Below, in pieces: positions 28,049 through 37,917 of a stretch of DNA of 64,000 nt. Source of the stretch: a virus; the IMG/VR virus record IMGVR_UViG_3300031707_000008, positions 10,568-74,567 of that record. One strand, given 5' to 3'. Position numbers and translations under genes: made by a program. The stretch's first letter is position 1, and each line of letters opens with the position of its first letter. The notes under the pieces are model-generated. The model saw only the letters and a list, made by a program, of their open reading frames with translations, was not told the origin of the DNA and searched no databases.

Positions 28049-28704
28049 TAAAGGAATGTCTTGAGTCCTTGCAAATAACATTGCGTTCCTTGGGTTTACC
28101 CATTGGCAAAATTGATGGGATTTGTGGCCCAAGGACAGAGTTTTGTACAACGTTTGCAATGCATGAACTATGCAAGACGGGTATAATTGAAGAAGTGTTG
28201 CATTCACCCTTGGATAATAACTTGAGTAAGGCACTTGTGTCACTCTTGCAAAGTTATATGCAAACATATTACGGCGTAGGGTGTCGTTTGAATTGGTGGA
28301 TTACGTTGTTGCATCGTCAAGTAGGAAAACCTTACAATTTTGGCATTGAAATTTCCGCGACGGATCCCAATCCGTCAGCATTCGATTGTAGTGAATTGAT
28401 TGAGTGGTCTTTAAAGCAGTTCGACATTGATATCCCGGATGGGGCGAACAATCAATTTGAGTTTTGTGTGAAAAACGGTAGAGTTATTCCGAAGGAACGT
28501 TTGTTGGATACAAAAGGTGCGTTTGGTTTTATTCATGGTAAACGTGACCACTTTGTGGGGAAGATTCACGTGGGTGTTGCCGATGGGGTAGGAAATATGA
28601 TTGAAGCTCGTGGCAAAGCTTATGGTGTAATCGTTTCCCCTGTCGATTTGTCGCGATGGACGCACGCGTGTGTGTTACCCTTTTTGCAAGAAGGAGTGGT
28701 GTAG
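28045..28704 (+). CDS. Endolysin: PG-binding domain + NlpC/P60 peptidase
   Basis: IDGICGPRT; GKPY, FDCSEL (catalytic Cys), HVGV, MIEARG. Confidence 0.8.
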   Translation: MIKECLESLQITLRSLGLPIGKIDGICGPRTEFCTTFAMHELCKTGIIEEVLHSPLDNNLSKALVSLLQSYMQTYYGVGCRLNWWITLLHRQVGKPYNFGIEISATDPNPSAFDCSELIEWSLKQFDIDIPDGANNQFEFCVKNGRVIPKERLLDTKGAFGFIHGKRDHFVGKIHVGVADGVGNMIEARGKAYGVIVSPVDLSRWTHACVLPFLQEGVV

Positions 28705-29336
28705 TGGAAGAAAAAGATGATGTAGAGTGTTGCGAAGCAGAAGAAGAACTTTTTGCAAGATTGTACTGGAAGCGGTTACTACCAATTGCTGTACGAAAGA
28801 TGCTTGATGATTTCGGTTTGGTAGGGCAGCACTTTGTTGAAACACCAGAGCGTGTGACGAAAGCTTTCGCGGAATTACTTGAGTTTACACATGACGATGT
28901 AAGATTGGCGGAATTACATGAATTATTTACGAGACGTTTCTCGACTAACTCGTCGGGTATGGTTATATACCGTGATTTACAGGCGAGTTCTGTGTGTCCG
29001 CATCACCTTCTTCCGGTTTTGTATGAGGTAGTGATAGGGTATATTCCGCGGGAGTTTGTCCTAGGTGCATCGAAATTCGCGCGAGCTGTTCGCGTTATTG
29101 CTGCCCAACCTGTCACACAAGAAGCCTTTACGGACCAGGTTGCAGACGAATTCTTTAAAGCTTTAGACGCACGTGGGGTTATTGTTATGGTTCAGGGCAC
29201 GCATACATGTATGTGTTCACGCGGGGCGAAGACAAATTCGAAGATGTTGACTTCTTCAGTTCGTGGTATTTTTGCTGCAGAAGATACCGCGAAACAAGAA
29301 TTCTTTAATGTGTTGCGAACCATGCCGGGAAATTGA
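28704..29336 (+). CDS. folE: GTP cyclohydrolase I
   Basis: ETPERV, SVCPHHLLP, GASKFAR, QE, HTCMCSRG. Confidence 0.95.
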   Translation: MEEKDDVECCEAEEELFARLYWKRLLPIAVRKMLDDFGLVGQHFVETPERVTKAFAELLEFTHDDVRLAELHELFTRRFSTNSSGMVIYRDLQASSVCPHHLLPVLYEVVIGYIPREFVLGASKFARAVRVIAAQPVTQEAFTDQVADEFFKALDARGVIVMVQGTHTCMCSRGAKTNSKMLTSSVRGIFAAEDTAKQEFFNVLRTMPGN

Positions 29337-29349
29337 GGAGGTTAACTAA

Positions 29350-31035
29350 ATGTGTTCGGTTGGAGGTTTTATTGTACACGAATTTAATCTTGCGAATGCT
29401 TCAAGAATTCAGCGGATTTTGTCTAGATTCGATTCTTTGATTTTAGAAGGGACTGAACGCGGAAGAGATGCATGGGGGAGTGTCTTGTTGTGGAAGGACG
29501 GGGAAGCATTCCATAAGTTGGTGTCAAAGGGAATTGGTTGTGCGACTTCTGAAGAACTTGAAAACAAAATGTGGAAGGGCATTCGGGAATTTTTAACTAC
29601 ATCGCCTAAAGCAAAACTTGTTGCAGGCATTTTTAATAATCGTGCAGAACCCACAACAGAATGGATCAAAGAGAAAACTCTTGAAACGGTACAACCGTTT
29701 TCGTTTGGTGATATTGATCTTGCGCATAATGGTACGATCGCGAACGATAAGGATTTGTACGCAACGTTGGGTTTACCTGTCGGTAGTGTGGATTCTCAAG
29801 TTCTCCCCCGAGTATTGCAATCGAATTGGTCACCGAATGCGCATAGACACTTGGGTGAGTTGTGGAATTTATTCACGAATACTGTAAAGGGGAGTTTTGC
29901 AATTACTTTCTTGCATAAGGCAGATCCTGAGGCACTTTACGTTGGTACAAACTATAAACCGTTGTTTTTGATTCGCGATCGACAACTTGATACGACGTTT
30001 GTCACTTCGATCCCGCATACATACTCAATTTTTAGCGAACGTTCTGCAGCAGAACAAGTTTCTCCATATTCGTGGATGCGCTTAACTGCTAAAAGAGAAG
30101 TTGAATCATGTGATTTGTGGACGGAAGAATCTTTGTTACCTTGCACACAAGAAGATTTGATGTCTCTTAAACCTCGCCCTGTCGTTGTCATTTGCAGTGG
30201 AGGTTTGGACTCAGTAACAGCCGCCACTTTATATGTAAAGGATTCACGAAGAATCTTTAACGTACACTTGTTTCATGCATTATACAAATGTAATGCAGAA
30301 ACAAGTGAAATTTCTGCTATAGAACGTGTTGCCAACACTTTAGGAGTTCCTTATGTGACCGCGTGTGTTCCTTTCTTCAAGGAATGGGGGCATTCTCCGA
30401 TCTTAGATGACAACGTCACCGATTACTCGCATCGTAATGCTGGCGAGAGTGGAGCGGAATTTGCCTTCGAATGGGTCCCTGCACGAAATCTTGTATTGTA
30501 CGCGATGGGGTTGGCTTACTTGGAAACGTTAGGTGGTGGAGAGTTAATTTCCGGAATCAATTTGGAGGAAGCGGGTGCGTATCCCGATAACGAACAAGCT
30601 TTTATACGAGCTTTACGCAAAGTTGTTCCCTTTGCAGTGCGTGCTTACATCAACATTCGATTGCAATTACCGGTTGCAAATTTGATGAAGCACGAGATCG
30701 TGAAGTTGGGAATTGGTCTTGATGCGCCTCTTCAACATACATGGAGTTGTTACAATAGTGCAAAACAACATTGTGGATCGTGTGGTCCTTGTTACATGAG
30801 ACAAAGAGCTTTTGCGATGAATCACGCGATCGACCCCGTTGATTACAAGTTTGTTCCTGAAGGTTTGTGGAAAGATTGTGAAACTTGGGTTGTTGCCCAA
30901 AAACGAATTGTTGTCAGCAAAGACTTTCAAGAATTGTTAGCAATGGTGAGGTTGCAATGTCAGATGCAATCCTATCCGTTGGAAGTATTTGGACGCGCGT
31001 TGACGCAGTCAATCCCAACGGTTCAGCAAGAATAA
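29350..31035 (+). CDS. queC: Class II glutamine amidotransferase-QueC fusion (Gat-QueC)
   Basis: N-terminal MCSVGG, RGRD, RAEPTTE, QPF, HNGTIAND, DS; QueC SGGLDS, VPARN, YPDN, TWSCY..HCGSCGPC. Confidence 0.95.
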   Translation: MCSVGGFIVHEFNLANASRIQRILSRFDSLILEGTERGRDAWGSVLLWKDGEAFHKLVSKGIGCATSEELENKMWKGIREFLTTSPKAKLVAGIFNNRAEPTTEWIKEKTLETVQPFSFGDIDLAHNGTIANDKDLYATLGLPVGSVDSQVLPRVLQSNWSPNAHRHLGELWNLFTNTVKGSFAITFLHKADPEALYVGTNYKPLFLIRDRQLDTTFVTSIPHTYSIFSERSAAEQVSPYSWMRLTAKREVESCDLWTEESLLPCTQEDLMSLKPRPVVVICSGGLDSVTAATLYVKDSRRIFNVHLFHALYKCNAETSEISAIERVANTLGVPYVTACVPFFKEWGHSPILDDNVTDYSHRNAGESGAEFAFEWVPARNLVLYAMGLAYLETLGGGELISGINLEEAGAYPDNEQAFIRALRKVVPFAVRAYINIRLQLPVANLMKHEIVKLGIGLDAPLQHTWSCYNSAKQHCGSCGPCYMRQRAFAMNHAIDPVDYKFVPEGLWKDCETWVVAQKRIVVSKDFQELLAMVRLQCQMQSYPLEVFGRALTQSIPTVQQE

Positions 31036-32375
31036 TTGAATTGGTAGATGAAGCATCTTCCTTTCTGGTAGAGGGGCATTGGTATGCCGAAGTTTATCGT
31101 ATGCGTTTATGGGATGGGAAGAAACATCTTTACCACAAGGGTTTCAAACGGTTCCCCGCTGGATTAACTTCTCGTGTAAAAGTGCATTTGGAAGCGAATG
31201 GTTTCTCGGTTGCAATCACATCGGAAATACGTCGCCCGCGTTTAAGTCCTTTCTCGCGAGAAGCGTTACGACTTCGTGGAATTGAATTGCGCCCTTATCA
31301 GATTGAAGCTATTACGAATTGTATAAACCAACAACGGGGTTTTGTAGAATCTCCACCGGGTTCCGGAAAGACTGAAATTATTTGTGCAATTTCTAAGATT
31401 CTAAACCAATATGGTTTGCGTGTACTCGTTTTAACACATGCTCAAGAAATTTTTGAACAATTAATCGAGCGATTCGATATGCGGAATGACGTGCGTGTAG
31501 GCAAAATTCAATCAAAGAATTTTTGTGACCCCACACAATTCCCTGTTGTAGTGGGTATGATTCCAACAATGGGTTTGCGTGCACGTGGTAGTATTACGAC
31601 TGCCTTGTCGCAATACTTGAGTTTTTTTCATTGTTGCGTTTCAGATGAATGTCATCATGAAGCTGCGGATTCTTGGTATCGCGTGGTGATGCATTGTCCG
31701 GCTACGTGGAGATTTGGTTTTTCGGCAACTCCCACGAAACGCGGTGACGGTCGTGACATAATGTTAGTTGGTGCAACAGGGGAGTGTCTTTTTCGGATTT
31801 CTGCAAAGGAACTTGTTGAATTGGGTTTTGTCGTTCCACCCACGTGCGTTTTCTTTAACGTAAAACGAAATCACGCTTCCGATATGTCTTTTGCGGAAAT
31901 TGAAGATCAATTTATTGTTCACAATGATATAAGAAATCGTCAGATTTTGAACGTTACTAGAAAGGCGGTTGAAGCTGGGGAGCAAGTTTTGATTCGTGTG
32001 CGAAGAATCGAACACGGCGTTACTCTAAGTGCAATGAGTGAATTTCCCTTTGTCTCAGGGCAAAGTGATAGTAACGATCGACGGGAGACTTTACGTGATT
32101 TTCGTGAAGGAAGAACGCGCGCGATTATATCCACAGTTTTGGGTGAAGGAGTGGATATTCCTGCAATTGATGTTGTGATTAATGCCGCTGGTGGGGAGTC
32201 TCGAATTCAGACCGAACAACTGCTTGGTCGGGGGATGCGCTTGAGGGAAGGGAAGACATACTTCAAGTATTTTGATTTTAATGATCAAACACGTTTGTTA
32301 CAAAAGCAAGCCAACCACCGGAAGCACGCGATAGAGGAATTGGGATTTCAAGTACATTTGGAGGAAGTGAAATGA
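30957..32375 (+). CDS. Superfamily 2 helicase (UvsW-like)
   Basis: WDGK, LRPYQ, PPGSGKT, DECHH, SAT, EGVDIP, QLLGRGMR. Confidence 0.92.
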   Translation: MSDAILSVGSIWTRVDAVNPNGSARIIELVDEASSFLVEGHWYAEVYRMRLWDGKKHLYHKGFKRFPAGLTSRVKVHLEANGFSVAITSEIRRPRLSPFSREALRLRGIELRPYQIEAITNCINQQRGFVESPPGSGKTEIICAISKILNQYGLRVLVLTHAQEIFEQLIERFDMRNDVRVGKIQSKNFCDPTQFPVVVGMIPTMGLRARGSITTALSQYLSFFHCCVSDECHHEAADSWYRVVMHCPATWRFGFSATPTKRGDGRDIMLVGATGECLFRISAKELVELGFVVPPTCVFFNVKRNHASDMSFAEIEDQFIVHNDIRNRQILNVTRKAVEAGEQVLIRVRRIEHGVTLSAMSEFPFVSGQSDSNDRRETLRDFREGRTRAIISTVLGEGVDIPAIDVVINAAGGESRIQTEQLLGRGMRLREGKTYFKYFDFNDQTRLLQKQANHRKHAIEELGFQVHLEEVK

Positions 32376-32638
32376 TTGCACGCGCTTTCGGGTTGCTCCC
32401 ACAGCAAATTGGCATACAACGTAATTGGTTGGAACCGGGTCAGTATAACGTATTTGATTGGATTATCCGACGAAGGTTTTTTTATTGTGAAATTTGTGGA
32501 ACACGAAAAGGTTTCCCGGATACACTTACGAAAGAAATTGCGCAAAAATGTGGTTGGGGGTGTGGTGGGGTTGCTACGCGTGAATGTTTTGTTACGAAAC
32601 ATGTAAAGCGTTACCCCCGAAGGAGGATACCTCGATGA
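32372..32638 (+). CDS. Hypothetical Cys-containing protein
   Basis: ATGA-coupled on both sides, GGAGG SD, CEIC/CGWGC. Confidence 0.45.
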   Translation: MIARAFGLLPQQIGIQRNWLEPGQYNVFDWIIRRRFFYCEICGTRKGFPDTLTKEIAQKCGWGCGGVATRECFVTKHVKRYPRRRIPR

Positions 32639-33429
32639 GAAGGAATTGTTTGATGTTGTTTACGTTATTGTGGGGTTTGCTTGCATTTTTGGGGTGCGGT
32701 ATTTTGAAACAAAACCTGCCTGTCGCAATTGCACTTGAGGATACCATAACGGCAATTTTTACACCGGATACTTCGTTGGCAATTGCTTTTGAAGACTTCT
32801 TGTACGATCCAGAAGCGTTTGCTAAACGCGTCCCCGCTGCAGTTTTGGCACAAGTCGATACCGTAGATGCACATCTTGTTTTCTTTGGTTCAGTTAGTGG
32901 ATTAACTAAAACGTTTCTTTATTCAGCTCTCCAACCCGACACACTAAAGATGAACGTTATTGGAGTGGTTGATAGTTGTCTCCCTTCGAAACGTTATACC
33001 TATCCTGTAAAATTATTGAATGGGAGAAGACACTATTATGCAGCGAAGGCTGAGTGGGTTCCCGCACACGGATCTCAATCACCATTTTCATCACTTGTAA
33101 GTATCATGACGGTTAATTTTACACAAGGTGCAACTCAACCTGCTTTAATTGAACGTGTAGATTCTGTTACGATTCCTCACGTGAAATACACGCAATTGTG
33201 GGTGTGGACAACAAATCCGTATTGGGAAATTTCGTGGACACTGTCACCTACACGCGAGAAAGTTTTGGGATCGTGCTCGCACTACGATGTGTACAAACCG
33301 TTGTGTTTTTTAAACCTTTCCGACTTGGTTTTTCTCGCTAGAAAGCCTTACACGCTAACAGATTTGGTGTGGTTCGCGGGATCTTATCAAAAACCAACTT
33401 GTGATACACTCGAAATGATTAACCCGTAG
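32635..33429 (+). CDS. Predicted lipoprotein
   Basis: MRRNCLMLFTLLWGLLAFLGC lipobox. Confidence 0.6.
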   Translation: MRRNCLMLFTLLWGLLAFLGCGILKQNLPVAIALEDTITAIFTPDTSLAIAFEDFLYDPEAFAKRVPAAVLAQVDTVDAHLVFFGSVSGLTKTFLYSALQPDTLKMNVIGVVDSCLPSKRYTYPVKLLNGRRHYYAAKAEWVPAHGSQSPFSSLVSIMTVNFTQGATQPALIERVDSVTIPHVKYTQLWVWTTNPYWEISWTLSPTREKVLGSCSHYDVYKPLCFLNLSDLVFLARKPYTLTDLVWFAGSYQKPTCDTLEMINP

Positions 33430-33453
33430 TAAGTTTGAAGGGAGAATTCTGTT

Positions 33454-33720
33454 GTGTTTTTAAAGTTGATGTACTTCATGGGTCCCGGGTGCAATGCTTG
33501 TAGAATTTCTTTGCCAATTATACAACGTGTCGCAACGGAATTGTCACTGCCTTTGGAAGTTGTTGATGTGTTTTTGCACCCGGAAATATCGCATAAGTTT
33601 GGTGTGAGGAGTTTACCCACAACATTGATATTATGCGATGACGAACCCGTTGATTTTTGGATAGGTTGTTTAGAGGAAGCCAATATGTTAAAGAGGTTGT
33701 TGGTGCATGTTGCGAAATGA
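33454..33720 (+). CDS. Thioredoxin-like protein
   Basis: GCNAC, FGVRSLPT. Confidence 0.8.
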   Translation: MFLKLMYFMGPGCNACRISLPIIQRVATELSLPLEVVDVFLHPEISHKFGVRSLPTTLILCDDEPVDFWIGCLEEANMLKRLLVHVAK

Positions 33721-34288
33721 AAATTTACGCACAATCGACTTTATGCGCGCGTATCAAGAAGTGCGCCATGCGTTTGGAGACGATTCGTATTATTGCATGC
33801 GTGATCCACTTCAGCATCCGCGTTTTGAAATATTCGAAAAAGCTCGTCAAAATGCTGATGTGGTGGGGGCAAACTACCGAAGTTTTGTGATGGCTTCTTT
33901 TCATGTGTTTAAAAAAATTGTCTTCCCGGAAATGTTGATTGGCAGAGTTGCACAACAAATTTACTTGAATGCGCGTTTTTCCTTCAACAAATCCGTAGAG
34001 AATATATCTCGCGCACGCGAGATGACTGTAAATGAAGCCTTAATAGAACAACTTCATGTATTTGACGATGTTGTAGACGTACGTGCATTCGTGTGCGATG
34101 AGAGCAATTGGGACAAGTTTCTTAACGATGCGGTTTTAGTTACGTTGATGCGTGTACTTTGTGTAGAACCCGAAAGTGAATTGAAATTATCTTCAGAGGC
34201 CTTCTTGCAAGATTGTTCTCCCGAGTGGTTGTGTGGTTTGCGGTTGTTGAAGGATAAATTTATTAATACATACGCGAGATTTGTTTGA
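33707..34288 (+). CDS. Hypothetical protein
   Basis: 193-aa ORF tiling with neighbours. Confidence 0.55.
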   Translation: MLRNENLRTIDFMRAYQEVRHAFGDDSYYCMRDPLQHPRFEIFEKARQNADVVGANYRSFVMASFHVFKKIVFPEMLIGRVAQQIYLNARFSFNKSVENISRAREMTVNEALIEQLHVFDDVVDVRAFVCDESNWDKFLNDAVLVTLMRVLCVEPESELKLSSEAFLQDCSPEWLCGLRLLKDKFINTYARFV

Positions 34289-34316
34289 ACAAAACGTATA
34301 TTATTAGTATAGGAGG

Positions 34317-34565
34317 TTGTTTGTGTGGGAGTTTGAAAAAGATTCATTTGCGTTGAAGGATGACAAGTTGTCGCATATGGGTATGTGTTTTCTTTTTATG
34401 CATATACTTTATAGATTAGATGTTATTTATTTTCCTGCGGGGGTACTCGTCTTTGGATGTGGAATCTTTGTAGAGATTTATCAAGTATACGTAAAAGTTG
34501 CGAAAGTTTCGTTGCACGATATTGCGTACAACTTCTTCGGGATTATATTGGCTGGGTGGTTTTGA
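34317..34565 (+). CDS. VanZ-like small membrane protein
   Basis: DKLSH, VEIYQ, SLHDIAYNFFG. Confidence 0.6.
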   Translation: MFVWEFEKDSFALKDDKLSHMGMCFLFMHILYRLDVIYFPAGVLVFGCGIFVEIYQVYVKVAKVSLHDIAYNFFGIILAGWF

Positions 34566-34666
34566 TTCCAAAGGATTTTTTTCTTGAGTTTTTTTGTGGG
34601 TGACGTTGGTTTCTACCGTCCCACGACGTAAACCTTAATCCTATGGGATTTAGGTAGGCTTTGGGA
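34566..34666 (+). ncRNA. Candidate structured leader overlapping an SD
   Basis: ttccaaag/ctttggga closing stem; hairpins gtggg/cccac and acct-aatcc/ggatt-aggt. Confidence 0.4.
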
Positions 34667-34675
34667 GGTCTGCGA

Positions 34676-34855
34676 TTGGATGAGGTAACTGTAAGTTTGT
34701 TGATGCGGGAAAGGACAAACTATCTTGAAATTTGGACATTTTCACTTGCGACAGGGAAGGTAATAATAAAACGTGTTCTCACGCGTGTTATTCGGAAGAA
34801 GTCTGATGAATGGATACTCGTTCACGAAGGAGCGATTCTTGATGCAAAATCGTAA
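34676..34855 (+). CDS. Small hypothetical protein
   Basis: GGAGGT SD then TTG; overlaps next ORF. Confidence 0.45.
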   Translation: MDEVTVSLLMRERTNYLEIWTFSLATGKVIIKRVLTRVIRKKSDEWILVHEGAILDAKS

Positions 34856-35165
34856 CTGGGAAGGATTGCGTCGTCGAATGTTGTTGGCGGAGAATCAATC
34901 CTTTACAGGGAAAGATATTTTACGAATGATGGTGGAACTCGATCAAAAGTTAAGTGAGACTCCCGGAGAGTTGTTAAAACATGTTGGTGTTGGGGAGCGT
35001 TTACAATTGTTGACTGCCTTGATTGATTCTTTGTTGAAAGAGACTCGTGAACTTTCGCGTGACGAATTGAGTTGTTATGTCGAACATATCGAAAGTGTCC
35101 GCGAAAGTCTGCGACGAGTGCATGAAGGCAAATCAATTGACAATTCTTCAGAAAGTAATTCCTGA
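34842..35165 (+). CDS. Hypothetical helical protein
   Basis: AAGGAG SD, ATG 34842. Confidence 0.55.
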   Translation: MQNRNWEGLRRRMLLAENQSFTGKDILRMMVELDQKLSETPGELLKHVGVGERLQLLTALIDSLLKETRELSRDELSCYVEHIESVRESLRRVHEGKSIDNSSESNS

Positions 35166-35182
35166 ACGTCAAGGATGTGTGA

Positions 35183-35380
35183 ATGCAAACACCCCAAAAT
35201 GAGTTCATGTTGTTTATGATGTCGAATATGGTGGTGTCGATTTTTATGTGTGTTGCTTTGAGAATTTTTATGCTTTCTGCAGGATTTCTTGAAGTGACGT
35301 TTTTGAAGGTTTGCGTTGGTGTATTTGCTTGGATTTTTTTACAGTTGTTGTGGGTGATTGTGAGGGCAAAATGTCAATAA
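35183..35380 (+). CDS. Small two-TM membrane protein
   Basis: Hydrophobic 65-aa ORF. Confidence 0.5.
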   Translation: MQTPQNEFMLFMMSNMVVSIFMCVALRIFMLSAGFLEVTFLKVCVGVFAWIFLQLLWVIVRAKCQ

Positions 35381-35604
35381 AGTGCAATTGTAATTTTTGT
35401 CGTTTGCAAGATCTCCGACGAGAGGCAAAGCGCGAAGGAAAAAAACTATCCGTTTTTAGCGATGTGTGTTGGGGTGCGTATGTTTATATACATCCGAAGA
35501 ATGTCATTATAGATAAGTCAATGATTGCTACATCTGTAGTTGAAAAATATTTAGTTATGTGGCAACCAGCGTTGTCTAATCATTGTGTTGGAGGTGTTCA
35601 ATGA
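35371..35604 (+). CDS. Small Cys-containing hypothetical protein
   Basis: CNCNFC; coupled to sbcD-like gene. Confidence 0.5.
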   Translation: MSIKCNCNFCRLQDLRREAKREGKKLSVFSDVCWGAYVYIHPKNVIIDKSMIATSVVEKYLVMWQPALSNHCVGGVQ

Positions 35605-36932
35605 ACAACTCGTGGAAGGTCTTGCACCTTTCCGACCTTCATTTTTCGCGGCGTAATTACGATGAACTTTACAAAATCATAGATGAACAGGTTCGTCCGC
35701 GTGTAGAGGAAAGTGATGTCATTGTATTTGCGGGTGATTTGTGGGAACATCTCGTGCCTAATAACGAACTCCCATTCGAAGGCGTTATGGAGTTGTTGAC
35801 GTCTTTGTTCTTTAACAAACGTCTTGTTGTGTTATATGGCACCCCCAACCACGACGTCGCAGGATCATTGGGTTTTCTCAGAAGTTTACCACAAGCAATA
35901 ATTGTTGACTACCCCACGATGGTCAACTTTGGTGATCCTTCAAATCCTTCACGTGGAGAAATTTATTTCGCTTGCTGCCCAGGCAATACACCTTACGCTG
36001 AAGCAATTGAGTTTTTCGACAAGGTTAAACATAAAGCACGTACAATCGCTGTTGCACATCACCATCTCTGGGGGGCAAATTTATCGGCGGGGATCTTGCC
36101 CCCCACGACCGAGGTATTACTTCCTGAACACTTTAAGGATTTCGCTGCCGCTATGCTAGGTCACATTCATAAACCTCAAGTACATGCCATTTCTCGAAAA
36201 ACACTTCGATTGGAAAATCTAGAGAGTCATTCTGAATCTCCCACATCCCCGTGTGTCTATACGCCACCGTTGCAAATAATTCCGATTGCCTATTCGGGCT
36301 CGCTAATTCAGCTAACATCAGGGGAGTTAGAAGAGAAAACATTCTTTCTTTGGGAGTTTTGCACGGAACTCGATCCTCATATAGGGACGCCTGCTTGTGA
36401 TGTGACATCAGTGCAGTCACAAATAATTGCTGAATCGGGGGGTTTATTCGCGAGACGCATCACCGCGTATCCAACTTTCGCCGTCCCAATTTTGAAAGAA
36501 GAATTTGATCTTACGACATGCTCTTTAGAACAATGTTTTGAACGCGTTCGTCCTTTTATCAAAGGCGCACGCTTTTTTGTTACCGTAATTTCATCACCAA
36601 GTTGTTGGGGGAAAACCGAATCACAAACGCTTCGATTAAGGGCATTAGAGTTGGGGGCGGTAGAGGTTCAATTGACACTGGTGTACTCCCAACACATTGC
36701 TACACGCATGAGAGAGATTGCACTTGTCCCGGAAGATGAGAAATTCCGTATGTATTTTGCTTCTACGCAACGTGAATTGACTCCACATGTTTTGGAATTG
36801 TTACAAGCGTTGCAAGGTGAAAACCTTCTTGCGTGTGAGATTGCTTCTATGGAAAAACAACTAGTGCCCGGGAGTGTTTGTGAAAAACTTTTTGGTGAAG
36901 CTGTAATTCGAAAGAAAGTTAAACGCGATTGA
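35601..36932 (+). CDS. sbcD: SbcD/Mre11-like nuclease
   Basis: HLSDLH, AGDL, GTPNHD, LGHIH, YSGS. Confidence 0.88.
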   Translation: MNNSWKVLHLSDLHFSRRNYDELYKIIDEQVRPRVEESDVIVFAGDLWEHLVPNNELPFEGVMELLTSLFFNKRLVVLYGTPNHDVAGSLGFLRSLPQAIIVDYPTMVNFGDPSNPSRGEIYFACCPGNTPYAEAIEFFDKVKHKARTIAVAHHHLWGANLSAGILPPTTEVLLPEHFKDFAAAMLGHIHKPQVHAISRKTLRLENLESHSESPTSPCVYTPPLQIIPIAYSGSLIQLTSGELEEKTFFLWEFCTELDPHIGTPACDVTSVQSQIIAESGGLFARRITAYPTFAVPILKEEFDLTTCSLEQCFERVRPFIKGARFFVTVISSPSCWGKTESQTLRLRALELGAVEVQLTLVYSQHIATRMREIALVPEDEKFRMYFASTQRELTPHVLELLQALQGENLLACEIASMEKQLVPGSVCEKLFGEAVIRKKVKRD

Positions 36933-36979
36933 AAAAAGCTAAAATATTTTGAGAAGTGTTGTTGCAGGAGGGATGTCCG

Positions 36980-37510
36980 TTGACAGAACGAAGTGAGAGA
37001 GAGGCATTGAATAATTGCGAACCCGTCTTAACCCATGCGCAAATTCGTAAAGCAATTTTTCGGATTGCACGCGAAATTGATTCTCGGCATAATGGTCAAG
37101 AGGTTGAGTTCGTGGTAGTATTGAAGGGTGCGTTACCATTCTTTGCGTTCTTGTTAGTAGAATTGGTGGATTGTGGAGTTGGGTACAATTACCACTTTGT
37201 TCGAGAATTGCGTGGTGGAAGGGATGAATGTTTTCTTTTTTCACCCGCAACCGTGTTGGAAGGGAAGATTGTGATCATTGTGGAGGATATTGTAGACGAA
37301 GGACTCACATTGAAGCATTTGTTAAAAAGTATTTGTGGAGTTTGCAAACCTGCTTCAATTGAGATTGCTGCGCTGGTTTCTAGGCAAGATAACCACGATT
37401 TAAAGTTAGATTACACCGGGTTTACATTGCCAGCGGGATACTTATATGGCTTTGGTTTAGACATTAATGAACGTTTTCGTGATTTGTGCAACATTTATGT
37501 GTCGAAATGA
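36980..37510 (+). CDS. hpt: Hypoxanthine/guanine phosphoribosyltransferase-like
   Basis: VLKGA, IIVEDIVDEGLTL, DYTGF, YGFGLD..ERFRDL. Confidence 0.85.
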   Translation: MTERSEREALNNCEPVLTHAQIRKAIFRIAREIDSRHNGQEVEFVVVLKGALPFFAFLLVELVDCGVGYNYHFVRELRGGRDECFLFSPATVLEGKIVIIVEDIVDEGLTLKHLLKSICGVCKPASIEIAALVSRQDNHDLKLDYTGFTLPAGYLYGFGLDINERFRDLCNIYVSK

Positions 37511-37542
37511 GAGAAAATACATTTTTGCGGAGGAAATATCCT

Positions 37543-37917
37543 ATGTTGTGTGTATATGTTGCAGGAAAATATTCTGCTAATAGCGTTCTCGGGGTGTTTG
37601 AAAATATGCGTTTGGGGATGCAAATGTCCGCGAAACTTTTGCATTTAGGGTATGCTGTGTATTCTCCTTGGATGGACTATCATTTTAATTTGATGTCTCC
37701 TGAAGGGGAGATGTGTACTTTAGAGATGCTATACGAAAACGGCTTGGCGTGGTTGGAAGTCTCTGACATTCTTTTCGTAATGCTCGATAGTAAAGATTCC
37801 GTTGGCGTTCAACAAGAAATAGCATTCGCAAACGCCCACGGCATTCCTGTCGTTTTATATGACGTGTTCGAATTGCTTAAACGTTTTCCCCCGGAGGGAC
37901 CAGATGCGACTCCGTAA
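37543..37917 (+). CDS. NDT-like fold protein (DUF4406/DUF1937-like)
   Basis: VYVAGKYS, VYSP, WLEVSD, SVGVQQEIAFA..GIPV. Confidence 0.7.
   Translation: MLCVYVAGKYSANSVLGVFENMRLGMQMSAKLLHLGYAVYSPWMDYHFNLMSPEGEMCTLEMLYENGLAWLEVSDILFVMLDSKDSVGVQQEIAFANAHGIPVVLYDVFELLKRFPPEGPDATP

Noticed and set aside
27599-31035. que genes as host tRNA queuosine or folate auxiliary metabolism
   Set aside because: No queF/queA/folate genes; Gat-QueC plus a polymerase-linked TGT-fold gene fit DNA modification better
34609-34632. Purine riboswitch (words GTTTCTACC and CGTAAA)
   Set aside because: P3 flanking CGTAAA does not pair and the P2 loop ATATGG is absent
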